Program-made: the position numbers and the translations under genes
From: Paracoccaceae bacterium
GTDB lineage: Bacteria > Pseudomonadota > Alphaproteobacteria > Rhodobacterales > Rhodobacteraceae
Assembly (NCBI GenBank): GCA_050288685.1
Contig: JBNKEH010000005.1
Coordinates: forward strand, 29,288-93,287
Length of the DNA stretch: 64,000 nt
Direction of reading: 5' to 3'
Notes under the pieces: model-generated
The model's database searches: none
Told to the model about the DNA's origin: nothing
The model's input: only the letters and a program-made list of their open reading frames with translations
In this document: positions 19,363 to 29,212 of the stretch, one piece after another
Position numbering within the stretch: the first letter of the stretch is position 1
Layout of the letters: every line of letters starts with the position of its first letter

Positions 19363-20816
19363 TCACGCCCCTCGACCACCTGACCCGGAGCGGCCATCTG
19401 AACCAGTTCTTCATCGGTGGCACCTGGGTTGCGCCGAAGGGCGATGCCTTTGGATCGGTGATCAATCCGGCAACGGAAGAGGCAGTGTGCCGTTTTCCCT
19501 TGGGCAATGGCGCGGATGTGGAGGCGGCGGTGCGTGCGGCACGCCGGGCCTTCCCCGATTGGAGCCGCAGCACGCCCGAGTATCGCGCCGAGCTGCTCGA
19601 CCGGCTTGCGGCGCTGATCGAAGCGCGCCGGGAGCTTTTTGCCCAGTGCCTGACCCTCGAAATGGGCGCGGCCCTCGACTATGCGCGCAACATGCAGGTG
19701 CCGCTGGCCATCGCCCATGTGACGACCGCCCGCGAGGTGCTGTCGGGTTTCGATTTCGTCAGGCCGCGCGGCCATACCGCCATCGCCTATGAAGCGATTG
19801 GCGTTGCGGCGCTGATCACGCCGTGGAACTGGCCGCTTTATCAGATCACCGCCAAGGTCGCCCCGGCGCTGGCTGCGGGCTGCACGGTGGTGCTGAAGCC
19901 GAGCGAGCTGTCGCCGCTGAATGCCCTGCTTTTTGCCGAGGTCATCGAGGAAGCCGGGTTTCCGGCCGGGGTGTTCAACCTTGTGCAGGGTGATGGCGTC
20001 GGGGTCGGAGCGGTGCTGGCCGCCCATCCGGATGTCGACATGATCTCGATCACCGGCTCCACCCGCGCGGGCGTTGCTGTGGCACAGGCCGCCGCCCCCA
20101 CGGTCAAGCGCGTGGCGCAGGAGCTGGGCGGCAAGTCGCCCAACGTGATCCTGCCCGATGCCGATCTTGCCCGCGCGGTCGCGCCGGGCGTTGCCGCCGC
20201 TTTCCGCAATCTCGGCCAGTCTTGCAGCGCGCCGACCCGGATGATCGTGCCGCGCGCGCATCTGTCCGAGGTCGAGGCGCTCGCCCGGCAGGCGGCGGAA
20301 CAGATCGTGGTCGGTGATCCTGAGGCTGAGACCAGCACCCATGGCGCCATCGCCAATCGCGCGCAGTTCGACCGGGTTCAGACCATGATCGAGGCCGGGA
20401 TCGCCGAAGGGGCGCGGCTGCTGGCCGGGGGGCCGGGCCGCCCCGGCGGGCTGAATGTCGGGCTATTCGTGAGGCCGACGATCTTTTCCGATGTGCGGAC
20501 CGATATGCGCATTGCGCAGGAGGAGATCTTTGGCCCGGTCCTGTGCATCCTGCCCTATGACACGGTCGAAGAGGCCATCGCCATCGCCAATGACACCGTC
20601 TACGGCCTCGGCGCGCATGTCCAGGGCAGCGATATGGAGCTGGTCAGAGAGGTCGCCTCGCAGATCCGCTCGGGCCAGGTGCTGCTCAACTATCCGGCCT
20701 GGGACCCGCACGCGCCGTTTGGCGGCTTCAAGCAATCCGGAAACGGCCGCGAATATGGGCTGGAGGGGATGATGGAATATCTCGAAGTGAAGTCCATCCT
20801 CGGTTATTACCCGTAG
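19359..20816 (+). CDS. NAD-dependent aldehyde dehydrogenase
   Basis: ITPWNWP, KPSE, ITGST, QELGGKSP, NLGQSC (catalytic Cys), EEIFGPV and GGFKQSGNGRE motifs. Confidence 0.92.
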   Translation: MITPLDHLTRSGHLNQFFIGGTWVAPKGDAFGSVINPATEEAVCRFPLGNGADVEAAVRAARRAFPDWSRSTPEYRAELLDRLAALIEARRELFAQCLTLEMGAALDYARNMQVPLAIAHVTTAREVLSGFDFVRPRGHTAIAYEAIGVAALITPWNWPLYQITAKVAPALAAGCTVVLKPSELSPLNALLFAEVIEEAGFPAGVFNLVQGDGVGVGAVLAAHPDVDMISITGSTRAGVAVAQAAAPTVKRVAQELGGKSPNVILPDADLARAVAPGVAAAFRNLGQSCSAPTRMIVPRAHLSEVEALARQAAEQIVVGDPEAETSTHGAIANRAQFDRVQTMIEAGIAEGARLLAGGPGRPGGLNVGLFVRPTIFSDVRTDMRIAQEEIFGPVLCILPYDTVEEAIAIANDTVYGLGAHVQGSDMELVREVASQIRSGQVLLNYPAWDPHAPFGGFKQSGNGREYGLEGMMEYLEVKSILGYYP

Positions 20817-20863
20817 CCTGCGGCTGGGTGGCCAGAACGAAAATATCTTCCCATTTAGGCAAT

Positions 20864-20896
20864 TGCCCGTGGCGCGTGGAGCCCACGGGCAGTTTT
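20864..20896 (+). terminator. Rho-independent terminator after the GNAT-DSD1-oxidoreductase-ALDH operon
   Basis: TGCCCGTGG/CCACGGGCA 9-bp stem followed by GTTTT. Confidence 0.6.
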
Positions 20897-20980
20897 GCGG
20901 ACAAACTATACTTTCGCCGTAGCAGTTCCTAAGCTGGCTTCAGTGAAACATCCTATGAAACCAGCGAGCACTCGACACGT

Positions 20981-21301
20981 TTAATCGGACTCGCTGTTTC
21001 TGGATTGCAATAGCTCTACTTCCACAAACGCACATTCAAAGTCGTTCCCATTGACAACGTCATGCTCCACACCAACTTCACGAAAGTATGGTACTCCGTT
21101 TTTCATCTGGGCTTTGACACGTTCACCGTGACCGGCATCAATCTCAAGAACGCCATCAAACAGTGGAACAACAACATAATCATAAGCATGACGATGCCAA
21201 CCCGTGTTGTCGCCACGCTTTTTAAAACGCCATTCTGTGACCCTGACGCGATCATTATCAATGGTAACAGTTGAGATCGCAGAACCGTTATCGTTGCACA
21301 T
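20981..21301 (-). CDS. Small cupin, BauB-like (beta-alanine/polyamine catabolism-associated), low GC
   Basis: IDNDRVRVTEWRF, TGWHRHAYDYVVVP and GVEHDV motifs. Hand count gives 147/321 G+C (about 46%). Confidence 0.85.
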   Translation of the reverse strand: MCNDNGSAISTVTIDNDRVRVTEWRFKKRGDNTGWHRHAYDYVVVPLFDGVLEIDAGHGERVKAQMKNGVPYFREVGVEHDVVNGNDFECAFVEVELLQSRNSESD

Positions 21302-21316
21302 TGCAATACCTTATTA

Positions 21317-21450
21317 TTAGGAAACAGGGACACTAGAGCATGATCGTGGAGATATTCCTAGGGCCAGCTCTATCGCTTCGAAAACCCATGTAGCCGTCGT
21401 TTTGCTAACATTCATGCGTGCCGCAGCTTCCGTCACCTTGGCCTCCAAGC
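21317..21450 (-). pseudogene. Relic of a LysR-family HTH N-terminus
   Basis: VTEAAARMNVSKTTATWVFEAIELALG (21436-21356) aligns without gaps to the LysR HTH pattern, then stops at 21317. No credible start codon or effector domain. Confidence 0.45.
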
Positions 21451-21528
21451 CGACCGTCGGGCTCCCATGAAACGGCGTAGCCTCTGGCGGCGGGCAATCC
21501 GGGATGGGGCGCAGCGCTGGCCGAAACA

Positions 21529-21567
21529 AAACACCCGCCCGAACGTGACAGGTTCGGGCGGGTGTTT
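21529..21567 (-). terminator. Rho-independent terminator of the ABC operon
   Basis: Perfect 16-bp inverted repeat AAACACCCGCCCGAAC/GTTCGGGCGGGTGTTT with a T-tract on the minus strand. Confidence 0.8.
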
Positions 21568-21609
21568 ATATCTGCGGCGACGGGGTTTCGGGGATGGATC
21601 CCCGAACCG

Positions 21610-23274
21610 TTATTGTGCGGCAAGCAACGCGCTGCGATCCTGTTCCAGCGTGTCGAGCCAGGTCGGGTCGAGTCTGGGCACCGATGAAAACAGCAGCCGC
21701 GTATAGGGATGGGTTCCACCTTGTTCCATGCCCGCAGCGCTCAGGTTTTCAACGTTTTCGCCCAGATACATCACCGCGGCTTCGTCGCAGATCGCGCGGA
21801 CGGTCGACAGGTCGTGGCTGATGAACAGGTAAGACAGGTGGAGCTCGCGCTGGAGCTCCTTCAGAAGATCGATGATGGCGGCGGCGACGACCGTATCCAG
21901 TGCCGAGGTGACCTCGTCACAGAGGATCAGTTTGGGATCGGCGGCCAATGCCCGGGCGAGGTTCACGCGCTGCTTCTGCCCGCCAGACAATTCGCCGGGG
22001 TGCCGATCACGCAGGGCGCGCGGCAAATGCACCATGTCGAGCAATTCATCCACCCGAGCCGAGCGCTGCGCGCCTTTCATGCCATGGTAGAAACTCAGCG
22101 GCCGGCCGAGGATCTCGTCGATGCTGCGGCGGGGATTGAGCGCCGTATCCGCGTGCTGGAACACGATCTGGATATTGCGCAAATCGTCTGCGCTGCGCGC
22201 CGATGCCTCGGGGGCAAGGGGGCTGCCTTCAAATCGCATCTGCCCCTTGGCTGGCGGCAGCAGACCCGCCACCGCCCGCGCCAGGGTCGATTTCCCCGAG
22301 CCGCTTTCACCGATGATGCCCAGATTTTGCCCCTTCTTCAGGCTCAGGCTGACATCCTTGACCGCAACAACAGTGGGCAGACCATTCGCACCCATGCGGC
22401 CATAGCCGAGCGTAAGATTGGACAGCTCCAGCAGCGGCTTTTCATCGATGGGTCTGACATTGGCCATTTCGGCGGTTCGCGGAACCGGGTGGAAGGCGGC
22501 AAGCAATTCGCGCGTATAGGGATGCTTGGCACCTTCGAGAAGGGCTTCGGTCTTGCCTTCCTCCTGAACCTCGCCATGACGCAACACGACGATGCGGTCG
22601 GCAACCTGCGCCACCACCGCCAGATCGTGGCTGACATAGACCCCTGCGATACCAATGTCGCGCATCACGCGTTTGAACACCCGCAACACCTCGACCTGCG
22701 TTGTCACGTCAAGCGCGGTGGTCGGTTCGTCGAAGATGACCAGTTTGGGATGGGTGATCAGCGCCATGGCTGCGGCCAGCCGCTGCAACTGACCGCCCGA
22801 GACCTGATGCGGATAGCGCTGGCCGATGGTTTCGGGATCAGGAAGGGCCAGCGCCCGGAACAACTCGATGGCGCGCGCCTTGGCCTCGGCTTCGGGCAAC
22901 AGCCCGTGGATCTGGGCGGCCTCGATGACCTGCCGCAGGATCCGGTGCGACGGGTTGAAGGCCGCGGCGGCACTTTGCGGGATATAGGAGACCACGGCGC
23001 CACGCAGGTCTTCACGGGCGGCGTCATTCATCTTGGTGATGTCATGCCCGTCCACGATCACTTCGCCGCCCGCAATCCGGCAGCCACTGCGGGTATAGCC
23101 CAACAGACTGAGCGCAATGGTGGATTTGCCCGAACCGCTCTCTCCGATCAGCGAAACGATCTCGCCTTCCTTCACGTCGAAGGAAACACCTTTGATGATC
23201 TCGATAATGCGGCCTGAATCGCTGGCTGCCTCGACATGAAGGTTGGAAACGGAAACGAGAGGCATGTCATTCAC
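21610..23274 (-). CDS. Peptide/nickel-type ABC transporter ATPase with two fused NBDs
   Basis: Two GESGSGKS Walker A motifs, VSGGQ/LSGGQ signatures, and DEPT/DEVT Walker B motifs. Confidence 0.93.
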   Translation of the reverse strand: MNDMPLVSVSNLHVEAASDSGRIIEIIKGVSFDVKEGEIVSLIGESGSGKSTIALSLLGYTRSGCRIAGGEVIVDGHDITKMNDAAREDLRGAVVSYIPQSAAAAFNPSHRILRQVIEAAQIHGLLPEAEAKARAIELFRALALPDPETIGQRYPHQVSGGQLQRLAAAMALITHPKLVIFDEPTTALDVTTQVEVLRVFKRVMRDIGIAGVYVSHDLAVVAQVADRIVVLRHGEVQEEGKTEALLEGAKHPYTRELLAAFHPVPRTAEMANVRPIDEKPLLELSNLTLGYGRMGANGLPTVVAVKDVSLSLKKGQNLGIIGESGSGKSTLARAVAGLLPPAKGQMRFEGSPLAPEASARSADDLRNIQIVFQHADTALNPRRSIDEILGRPLSFYHGMKGAQRSARVDELLDMVHLPRALRDRHPGELSGGQKQRVNLARALAADPKLILCDEVTSALDTVVAAAIIDLLKELQRELHLSYLFISHDLSTVRAICDEAAVMYLGENVENLSAAGMEQGGTHPYTRLLFSSVPRLDPTWLDTLEQDRSALLAAQ

Positions 23275-24088
23275 TCCGATCGCGGATTTTCACCGGAAGG
23301 TTGTCGATGGTCATGTTGACCGCGATGGTCAGGCTGGCCAATGCGAGCGACGGCGCGATCACAGCCGGGGCCGCAAAGGATAGCCCGCCGATATTCTCGC
23401 GCACCAATGCGCCCCAGTCGGCAATGGGGGGCTGCACGCCCAGGCCCAGGAAGGACAGGCCCGACAACAGCAACACGATGAAGACAAAGCGCAGGCCGAA
23501 ATCGGTCAGCACCGGGCCGAGGATGTTGGGCAGGATCTCGGAAAACGCCAGATAGGGCAGTTTCTCGCCCCGCAACCGCGCAACGGTGACGTAGTCCATC
23601 GCGTTCACGTTCACCGCCAGCGAACGGGCGAAGCGGTAGGAGCCGGGCGTGTAGATGATCGCCAGAATGAAGATCAGCATCGGGATCGACGAGCCGCCGC
23701 CCGCCACCGCAACCAGCGCGAACAGCTTCGACGGGATCGAACTCAGAGCGTCCAGAAACCGGCTCAGGACTGTATCGAAGCGCCCGCCGATCAGGGCGGC
23801 GGTCATGCCCAGCCCAACCCCCATGCTCACGGCGAATGTCACGGCCAGAAACGCAATGCCGATGGTGACCCGGGCGCCCATCAGGATGCGCGAAAACACG
23901 TCGCGCCCGAGGTAGTCGGTGCCAAACAGAAAGCGGTCGGACATCGGGGTGAAAATGTCGAAATCCACGATCTCGCCAACGCCATGCGGTGCGATCAAGG
24001 GCGCGGAAATGGCCACGATCGACCAGATCAGCAAGGCCGAAAAACCGATGAGACCCGGCAGCGGGAAGCGGTAGCCGAACACGATCAT
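23267..24088 (-). CDS. Peptide-type ABC permease (DppC-like)
   Basis: FLFGTDYLGRDVFSR motif, EAA-like loop, multiple TM helices. Confidence 0.92.
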   Translation of the reverse strand: MIVFGYRFPLPGLIGFSALLIWSIVAISAPLIAPHGVGEIVDFDIFTPMSDRFLFGTDYLGRDVFSRILMGARVTIGIAFLAVTFAVSMGVGLGMTAALIGGRFDTVLSRFLDALSSIPSKLFALVAVAGGGSSIPMLIFILAIIYTPGSYRFARSLAVNVNAMDYVTVARLRGEKLPYLAFSEILPNILGPVLTDFGLRFVFIVLLLSGLSFLGLGVQPPIADWGALVRENIGGLSFAAPAVIAPSLALASLTIAVNMTIDNLPVKIRDRSE

Positions 24089-24092
24089 GGGA

Positions 24093-25046
24093 CTATCCTC
24101 GCAGTTTGGGGTTGGCGATGAGCGCGATGATGTCCGCCAGCATCACGAGGATCAGGTAACCGATGCAGAAGATCATGGCGCAGCTCTGGATCAGCGGCAG
24201 ATCGCGGGTCGCCACGGCATCCACCATCAGCCGGGCGATGCCCGGATAGTTGAAGATCGTCTCGATGATGATCACCCCGCCCAAAAGATAGGACAGCGAC
24301 AGCGCCATCGCGTTGACGATCGGCCCCAAAGAATTCGGCAGGGCATGGTGCAGCACCACACGGGTGGGCGAGGCACCTTTGAGCACCGCCATCTCGACAT
24401 AGGGGGAATCCAGCGTCTCGATCACGGCGGCGCGGGTCATGCGGATCATCTGCGCCGAGACCACGAAGGTCAGGGTGATGACCGGCATCGCATAGGCGCG
24501 CAGAATGGCACCTAGGCTGTCGGCATGATAGAGATGCGAGAGCGACGGCAGCCAGCCGAGCCACACCGAGAAGATCAGAACGGCCAGCGTTGCGGTGACG
24601 AATTCAGGCACCGAAATCACGCTCACGGTCAGGATGCTGACGGCCCGGTCGTAGAACCTGCCGCGCATCACCGCAGCGGTAATGCCGAGGAACAGCGACA
24701 GCGGCACCGAGATGGCGGCGGTGATCGCGGCCAGACGCAGGGTGTTGGGCAGGCGCGAGGCGATCAGTTTGGCCACCGGCAGGTCGCTGGCATAGGATTG
24801 CCCCAGATCGCCGTGCAGCAGACCCCAGAGCCAATAGGCAAAGCGCAGGGGCGCGGGGTCGTCCAGGTGCATGGCGGTACGCAGCCCGGCCACCGCTTCA
24901 GGTGTGGCGGCCTGACCAAGCATCACCTCGACCACATCGCCGGGCAGCAGCATGGTTGCACCGAAGACGACGATGGCGACGATCAACAGCGTCACCAGTC
25001 CGATGGCGAGACGCCCCATCATGATTGGGAATAGAATCTTAGACAT
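24093..25046 (-). CDS. Peptide-type ABC permease (DppB-like)
   Basis: LPGD, HGDLGQS, SVPEF, YVEMAVLKG and RDLPLIQ motifs. Confidence 0.92.
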   Translation of the reverse strand: MSKILFPIMMGRLAIGLVTLLIVAIVVFGATMLLPGDVVEVMLGQAATPEAVAGLRTAMHLDDPAPLRFAYWLWGLLHGDLGQSYASDLPVAKLIASRLPNTLRLAAITAAISVPLSLFLGITAAVMRGRFYDRAVSILTVSVISVPEFVTATLAVLIFSVWLGWLPSLSHLYHADSLGAILRAYAMPVITLTFVVSAQMIRMTRAAVIETLDSPYVEMAVLKGASPTRVVLHHALPNSLGPIVNAMALSLSYLLGGVIIIETIFNYPGIARLMVDAVATRDLPLIQSCAMIFCIGYLILVMLADIIALIANPKLRG

Positions 25047-25072
25047 GGGGCGCCCCTTTCTTGTTTTGGTGA

Positions 25073-26674
25073 TTAGCTGTTCAGCCAGACATGTTCGGCG
25101 AAGCTGTAGCCCATCAGGCCACCAAGCGGGTGCGGCTCCAGACCCTGGATCTTCGAACTGGTTGCATCGGTGCCGCCAATCCGGGCCGGGATCGCCGTGC
25201 CAGCCTCGTTCGCAACCATGGCCTGCATATCGCCATAGATCGCCTTGCGACGGTCGATATCGAGCAGCCCACGCGCCTCGCGGAGCATGGCGTCGAAGCT
25301 TTCCGAACGGAATTGGCTTTCATTCCAGGGCGCATCCGACGCGTAGAACAGCGAGAAATAGGCATCCGGCGTCGGGCGCGGGTTGATGTTGCCGAAATGG
25401 GTCGGAGCTTTCAGCCAGTAATTCGACCAGTAGCCATCCGACGGCACGCGCTGGATGTCGAACTTCATGCCGATCTCGCTGCCAGCCTGCTGCAGGACGA
25501 CGGCCATTTCGACCGAAAGGTCGGCGGCATCCGAGGCGACGATCGGGATCGTCTCGCCCATAACACCGGCCTGCTCGAAGAAGTGGCGGGCGAGGTCGGG
25601 ATCGTAGGCCGCCGCTTGCAGATCGGTGTTGTAGTAGAAGTTCGAGGCGGGAACCGGCTGGTCGTTGCCGACTTCACCAACACCGCGCAGGACCGAATTC
25701 ACGATCAGTTCGCGGTTCAGAAGATGCTTCACCCCCTGCACGAAACCGGCGCGCGAGCCCGGGTCGAGATCGAGGCGCATGTTGAGGTTCGTGTAGTTGC
25801 CGGCATTGTTGCGCACCAGCGTGATGTCGGGGTTGTCTTGCAGCAGGCGCAGGTATTGCGGTTTGACCGTGCCCGCGATCTGCACATCCCCCGAGAGCAG
25901 CGCGTTGACGCGCGCGGATTCGTCGGCAATGCCGAAGAACTCGAACGAGTCGAGATAGGGATAGCCGTTCTTGAAGTAGTTCGGGTTGCGCACACCGACC
26001 GAGCGCACGCCGGGTTCGAACACTTCGCAGATGAACGGCCCGGTGCCATTGGCGGTGCTGAAATCGGTGGTGCCATCGGCGATGATCATGAAGTGATGCA
26101 GCGCCAGCAGGGTCGGCAGGTCGGCGTTGGGGGCTTCGAGCCCGATCTCGACGGTCAGCGGATCAACGGCGCGGATCGAGGTCATCTGCTTGGCGACGGA
26201 ATTGACCTTTGAGCCAACGTCCTTGTCGAGGTGACGGGCGAGCGAATAGACCACGTCGGCCGAGGTGAGGCTTTGACCGCTGTGGAAGGTCACGCCGCTT
26301 TTCAGTTTGACGGTCCAGGTCTGGGCGTCGGCGCTTTCGATGCTCTCGGCCAGTTCCATCTGCGGCGCGCCAGCGCGGTCAAGGATGGTCAGCCGGTTGT
26401 AGAAGGCCGAAATCCGCACGTAGTCGACGCCTTTCGACGCCTTTGCCGGATCGAGGGTGTCGGCATTCGACGAGGCGCTGCCAGCGACCCGGATCGAGCC
26501 ACCTCTGACCGGCGTGGCCGCAAATGCGCGCCCGGCGCTGGAGAGGAGCGTACCGGCCGAAGCCATCGCCATCCCCCCTGCACCAAGCAGACGCAACACG
26601 TCACGCCGACCTGCGCCACGGCGCAACATGTGTGTGACCAGCGCACGATCTTTGTCATTCCACTGCTGAGACAT
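25073..26674 (-). CDS. Family 5 ABC substrate-binding protein with a Tat signal
   Basis: Twin-arginine GRRDVLRLL, TLDP, ELAES, VTFHSG and GTGPF motifs. Confidence 0.92.
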   Translation of the reverse strand: MSQQWNDKDRALVTHMLRRGAGRRDVLRLLGAGGMAMASAGTLLSSAGRAFAATPVRGGSIRVAGSASSNADTLDPAKASKGVDYVRISAFYNRLTILDRAGAPQMELAESIESADAQTWTVKLKSGVTFHSGQSLTSADVVYSLARHLDKDVGSKVNSVAKQMTSIRAVDPLTVEIGLEAPNADLPTLLALHHFMIIADGTTDFSTANGTGPFICEVFEPGVRSVGVRNPNYFKNGYPYLDSFEFFGIADESARVNALLSGDVQIAGTVKPQYLRLLQDNPDITLVRNNAGNYTNLNMRLDLDPGSRAGFVQGVKHLLNRELIVNSVLRGVGEVGNDQPVPASNFYYNTDLQAAAYDPDLARHFFEQAGVMGETIPIVASDAADLSVEMAVVLQQAGSEIGMKFDIQRVPSDGYWSNYWLKAPTHFGNINPRPTPDAYFSLFYASDAPWNESQFRSESFDAMLREARGLLDIDRRKAIYGDMQAMVANEAGTAIPARIGGTDATSSKIQGLEPHPLGGLMGYSFAEHVWLNS

Positions 26675-26765
26675 CTCATCCTCCGTTGGGTGTGGTTTTT
26701 GTTGAAATTATTCAATTCAGTTTAGGCTGCCGCTTGGTGGATACGGTTTGAAAGCGGCGCCTCTG

Positions 26766-26779
26766 GCAGCAGGTTCTGC
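26766..26779. promoter_or_regulatory. GCAG-N6-CTGC palindrome upstream of the ABC operon
   Basis: GCAGCAGGTTCTGC, about 90 bp upstream of the SBP start. Confidence 0.5.
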
Positions 26780-27184
26780 TGAATTGTCGCCCTCCCCAGC
26801 ATTTCATTAACCCTTCCTCGCGGTCCGGATCCCGGGATCGTCCAGGGTCGGGCCCGGCACAGGACGGAGGCGGGCAAGGCATTCGCCAGTCTCGTCGCCG
26901 GGGCAAAAAGCAGCGACGCAATGCTGATAAGGGGGGATCGGAGAGGCTCTGTAGTCGGCTCATCCGCCGCGCGGCCATCGCGCGCCCATGCTGCGATCCG
27001 TCCCCGGCGGGGCGCACCGTTTATATAGACGCAGCACGCCCCGCCCCGCGCTCTAATCCGCAGGAGGGAAATGGACAGGGGGCAGGTCACATCGCCGCGC
27101 CCAAACGGGCGCAGCCCTGTGCCCGGGTTGATCGGCGCGACAATGACGTGGCAAAGCAATCCCCTGAAACCAGATCGGTTTTCC

Positions 27185-27198
27185 GCAGAAAATTCTGT
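27185..27198. promoter_or_regulatory. Near-perfect GCAG-N6-CTGC palindrome upstream of the FAD oxidoreductase
   Basis: GCAGAAAATTCTGT. Confidence 0.45.
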
Positions 27199-27268
27199 TG
27201 CGGCGCCAACTCCGCTGCATGGTGATGTGCAACACCGCCTAGGATTGACCAAAGACCGGAGGAATATG

Positions 27269-28594
27269 ATGCCCGCACCGCTCATGCATATCGATTCAAG
27301 CCCCTCGCTGCCGTCCGAGGCCGATGTCGTCGTGATCGGCGGCGGTGTCGTGGGGGTGTTCACGGCCTATTATCTCGCGCGACGCGGGATCAAAGTGGCC
27401 GTGATCGAGAAAGGCCGCATTGCGGCTGAACAATCCAGCCGCAACTGGGGATGGTGCCGCCAGCAGAACCGCGATGCGCGCGAATTGCCGATGGCCACCA
27501 AAAGCCTCGCGCTTTGGGATACGCTGGCCAGCGAGATCGGCGCCGATGTCGGGTTCCGCCGCTGTGGCCTTCTTTATCTGTCGCAGGACGAGAGCGAGAT
27601 CGCGGGCTGGGCCAAATGGGGTAAATTTGCCAAGACCGTCGGGGTGACCAGCCATGTGTTGAGCGCAAAGGAAGCCAGCGAGCGCGGCCGTGCCACCGGG
27701 AAAAGCTGGAAAGGCGGCGTGTTCTCTCCCACCGATGGCATCGCCGATCCCTCGGTCGCCGTGCCGCAGGTTGCAGCCGCGTTCATGAAGCTCGGCGGCA
27801 CCGTGCATCAGAATTGCGCGGCGCGCGGGCTGGAGCTTTCGGGCGGAAGAGTGAGTGGCGTGGTGACCGAAGCGGGCACCATCCGCACCAAAACCGCGGT
27901 GATGGCGGGCGGCGCCTGGGCCTCGTCTTTCTGCCACCAGCTGGGCTTCCGCTTTCCGCAAGCCTCGGTACGGTCTTCGATCCTGGCGGTGTCGGAGGTC
28001 CCGGAGGGGCTGCCCGACGTGCTGCATACCTCCGACGTGACGCTCACCCGTCGCCTCAACGGCGGCTATACGCTGGCGATCAGCGGACGCGCCCGCGTCG
28101 ATACTTCGCCGCAACAGCTTCGGTTCAGCCGGGAATTTGTGCCGATGTTCGCCCGCCGCTGGCGCTCGCTGGCGCCCGGTGGACTGCAAGGCTGGCGTCT
28201 GGGCCATGAAAGCCTGAAGACTTGGGGGCTGGATGAGGTCACGCCGATGGAGCGCACCCGTATCCTCGATCCGAAACCGGATAGTGGCCAGATCCAACTG
28301 ACCTACGCGCGGGCCGGCGCCTTGTTGCCCGATCTGGCGCGGTGCAAGATTTCCAACTCCTGGGCGAGTTATATTGACAGCACCCCCGACGGCGTTCCGG
28401 CCATCGGCGAGGTGGAAGGCGTGCCGGGCTTCATCCTTGCGGCCGGGTTCAGCGGGCATGGCTTTGGCATCGGTCCGGGTGCGGGGCATCTGATCGCCGA
28501 TCTCATTTCGGGCGATGAGCCCATCGTCGATCCGCGACCCTATGCCCCCGAACGGTTGAACCGCTCGGCGTGGGGCAAGGTTGCCGACTTTTAA
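27269..28594 (+). CDS. FAD-dependent oxidoreductase, D-amino acid dehydrogenase (DadA/DAO) family
   Basis: VIGGGVVG, EQSSRNWGWCRQ, IDSTPDG and GFSGHGFGIGPG motifs; GGAGG RBS before ATG 27269 (alternative 27266). Confidence 0.88.
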   Translation: MPAPLMHIDSSPSLPSEADVVVIGGGVVGVFTAYYLARRGIKVAVIEKGRIAAEQSSRNWGWCRQQNRDARELPMATKSLALWDTLASEIGADVGFRRCGLLYLSQDESEIAGWAKWGKFAKTVGVTSHVLSAKEASERGRATGKSWKGGVFSPTDGIADPSVAVPQVAAAFMKLGGTVHQNCAARGLELSGGRVSGVVTEAGTIRTKTAVMAGGAWASSFCHQLGFRFPQASVRSSILAVSEVPEGLPDVLHTSDVTLTRRLNGGYTLAISGRARVDTSPQQLRFSREFVPMFARRWRSLAPGGLQGWRLGHESLKTWGLDEVTPMERTRILDPKPDSGQIQLTYARAGALLPDLARCKISNSWASYIDSTPDGVPAIGEVEGVPGFILAAGFSGHGFGIGPGAGHLIADLISGDEPIVDPRPYAPERLNRSAWGKVADF

Positions 28595-28695
28595 ACAGGC
28601 AGTGCGCGAGCCGGGTTGTTCGCGCTGTCATGAATTCCGTGACGGATCATGTCTGCGATAGTATTCATGGTTTGAACGGGGACAGGGTGACGCGC

Positions 28696-29175
28696 ATGAA
28701 ACTGGACAAAATCGACATCAGAATTCTGTCTGAACTGCAGAAGAACGGCCGGATCACCAATGTCGAGCTGGCGGAATTGGTGCATCTGTCGCCAAGCCCC
28801 TGCCTGATGCGCGTGAAAAAACTTCAGTCCGAGGGCTTTATCACCGGCTATTCGGCGCAGATCGACATTGCCAAACTGGGCCAGAGCCTGACCGTTTTCA
28901 CCGAGATCACCCTGCGAAACCACCGGCAGATCGACTTTGCGCGGTTTCTGTCGGCGGTCGAGAAAATCGACTCGGTCATCGAATGCCACCTCGTGTCGGG
29001 AGGCTACGATTATCTGGTGAAGTTCATGACCGCCGGGATCTCGGAATATCAGGCAATCATGGAACGGCTGATCGAGATGGAGATCGGGATCGACAAGTAT
29101 TTCACCTTTGTCATCCTGAAATCGCCGATCGTGAAATCGCATTTCCCCCTCGCCTCGATCGTCGAAGAGGATTGA
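28696..29175 (+). CDS. Lrp/AsnC family transcriptional regulator
   Basis: LDKIDIRILSELQKNGRITNVELAELVHLSPSPCLMRVKKL HTH and ECHLVSGGYDY RAM domain. Confidence 0.95.
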   Translation: MKLDKIDIRILSELQKNGRITNVELAELVHLSPSPCLMRVKKLQSEGFITGYSAQIDIAKLGQSLTVFTEITLRNHRQIDFARFLSAVEKIDSVIECHLVSGGYDYLVKFMTAGISEYQAIMERLIEMEIGIDKYFTFVILKSPIVKSHFPLASIVEED

Positions 29176-29180
29176 GGTCG

Positions 29181-29203
29181 GGGGCCCCTGTCGAAGGGCC
29201 CCC
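29181..29203. terminator. Hairpin between the convergent Lrp and aminotransferase genes
   Basis: GGGGCCC/GGGCCCC stem. Confidence 0.5.
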
Positions 29204-29212
29204 GGGAATTGC

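Noticed and set aside
20820-20832. GGCTGGGTGG, similar to the tRNA-Gln 3' end, near the low-GC insert (possible att site)
   Set aside because: It is too short and gapped for GC-rich DNA, so it is probably chance.
26722-27363. 213-aa ORF in the large divergent intergenic region
   Set aside because: It has low-complexity composition, overlaps the start of the oxidoreductase gene and lacks motifs; the region is better explained as two promoters.
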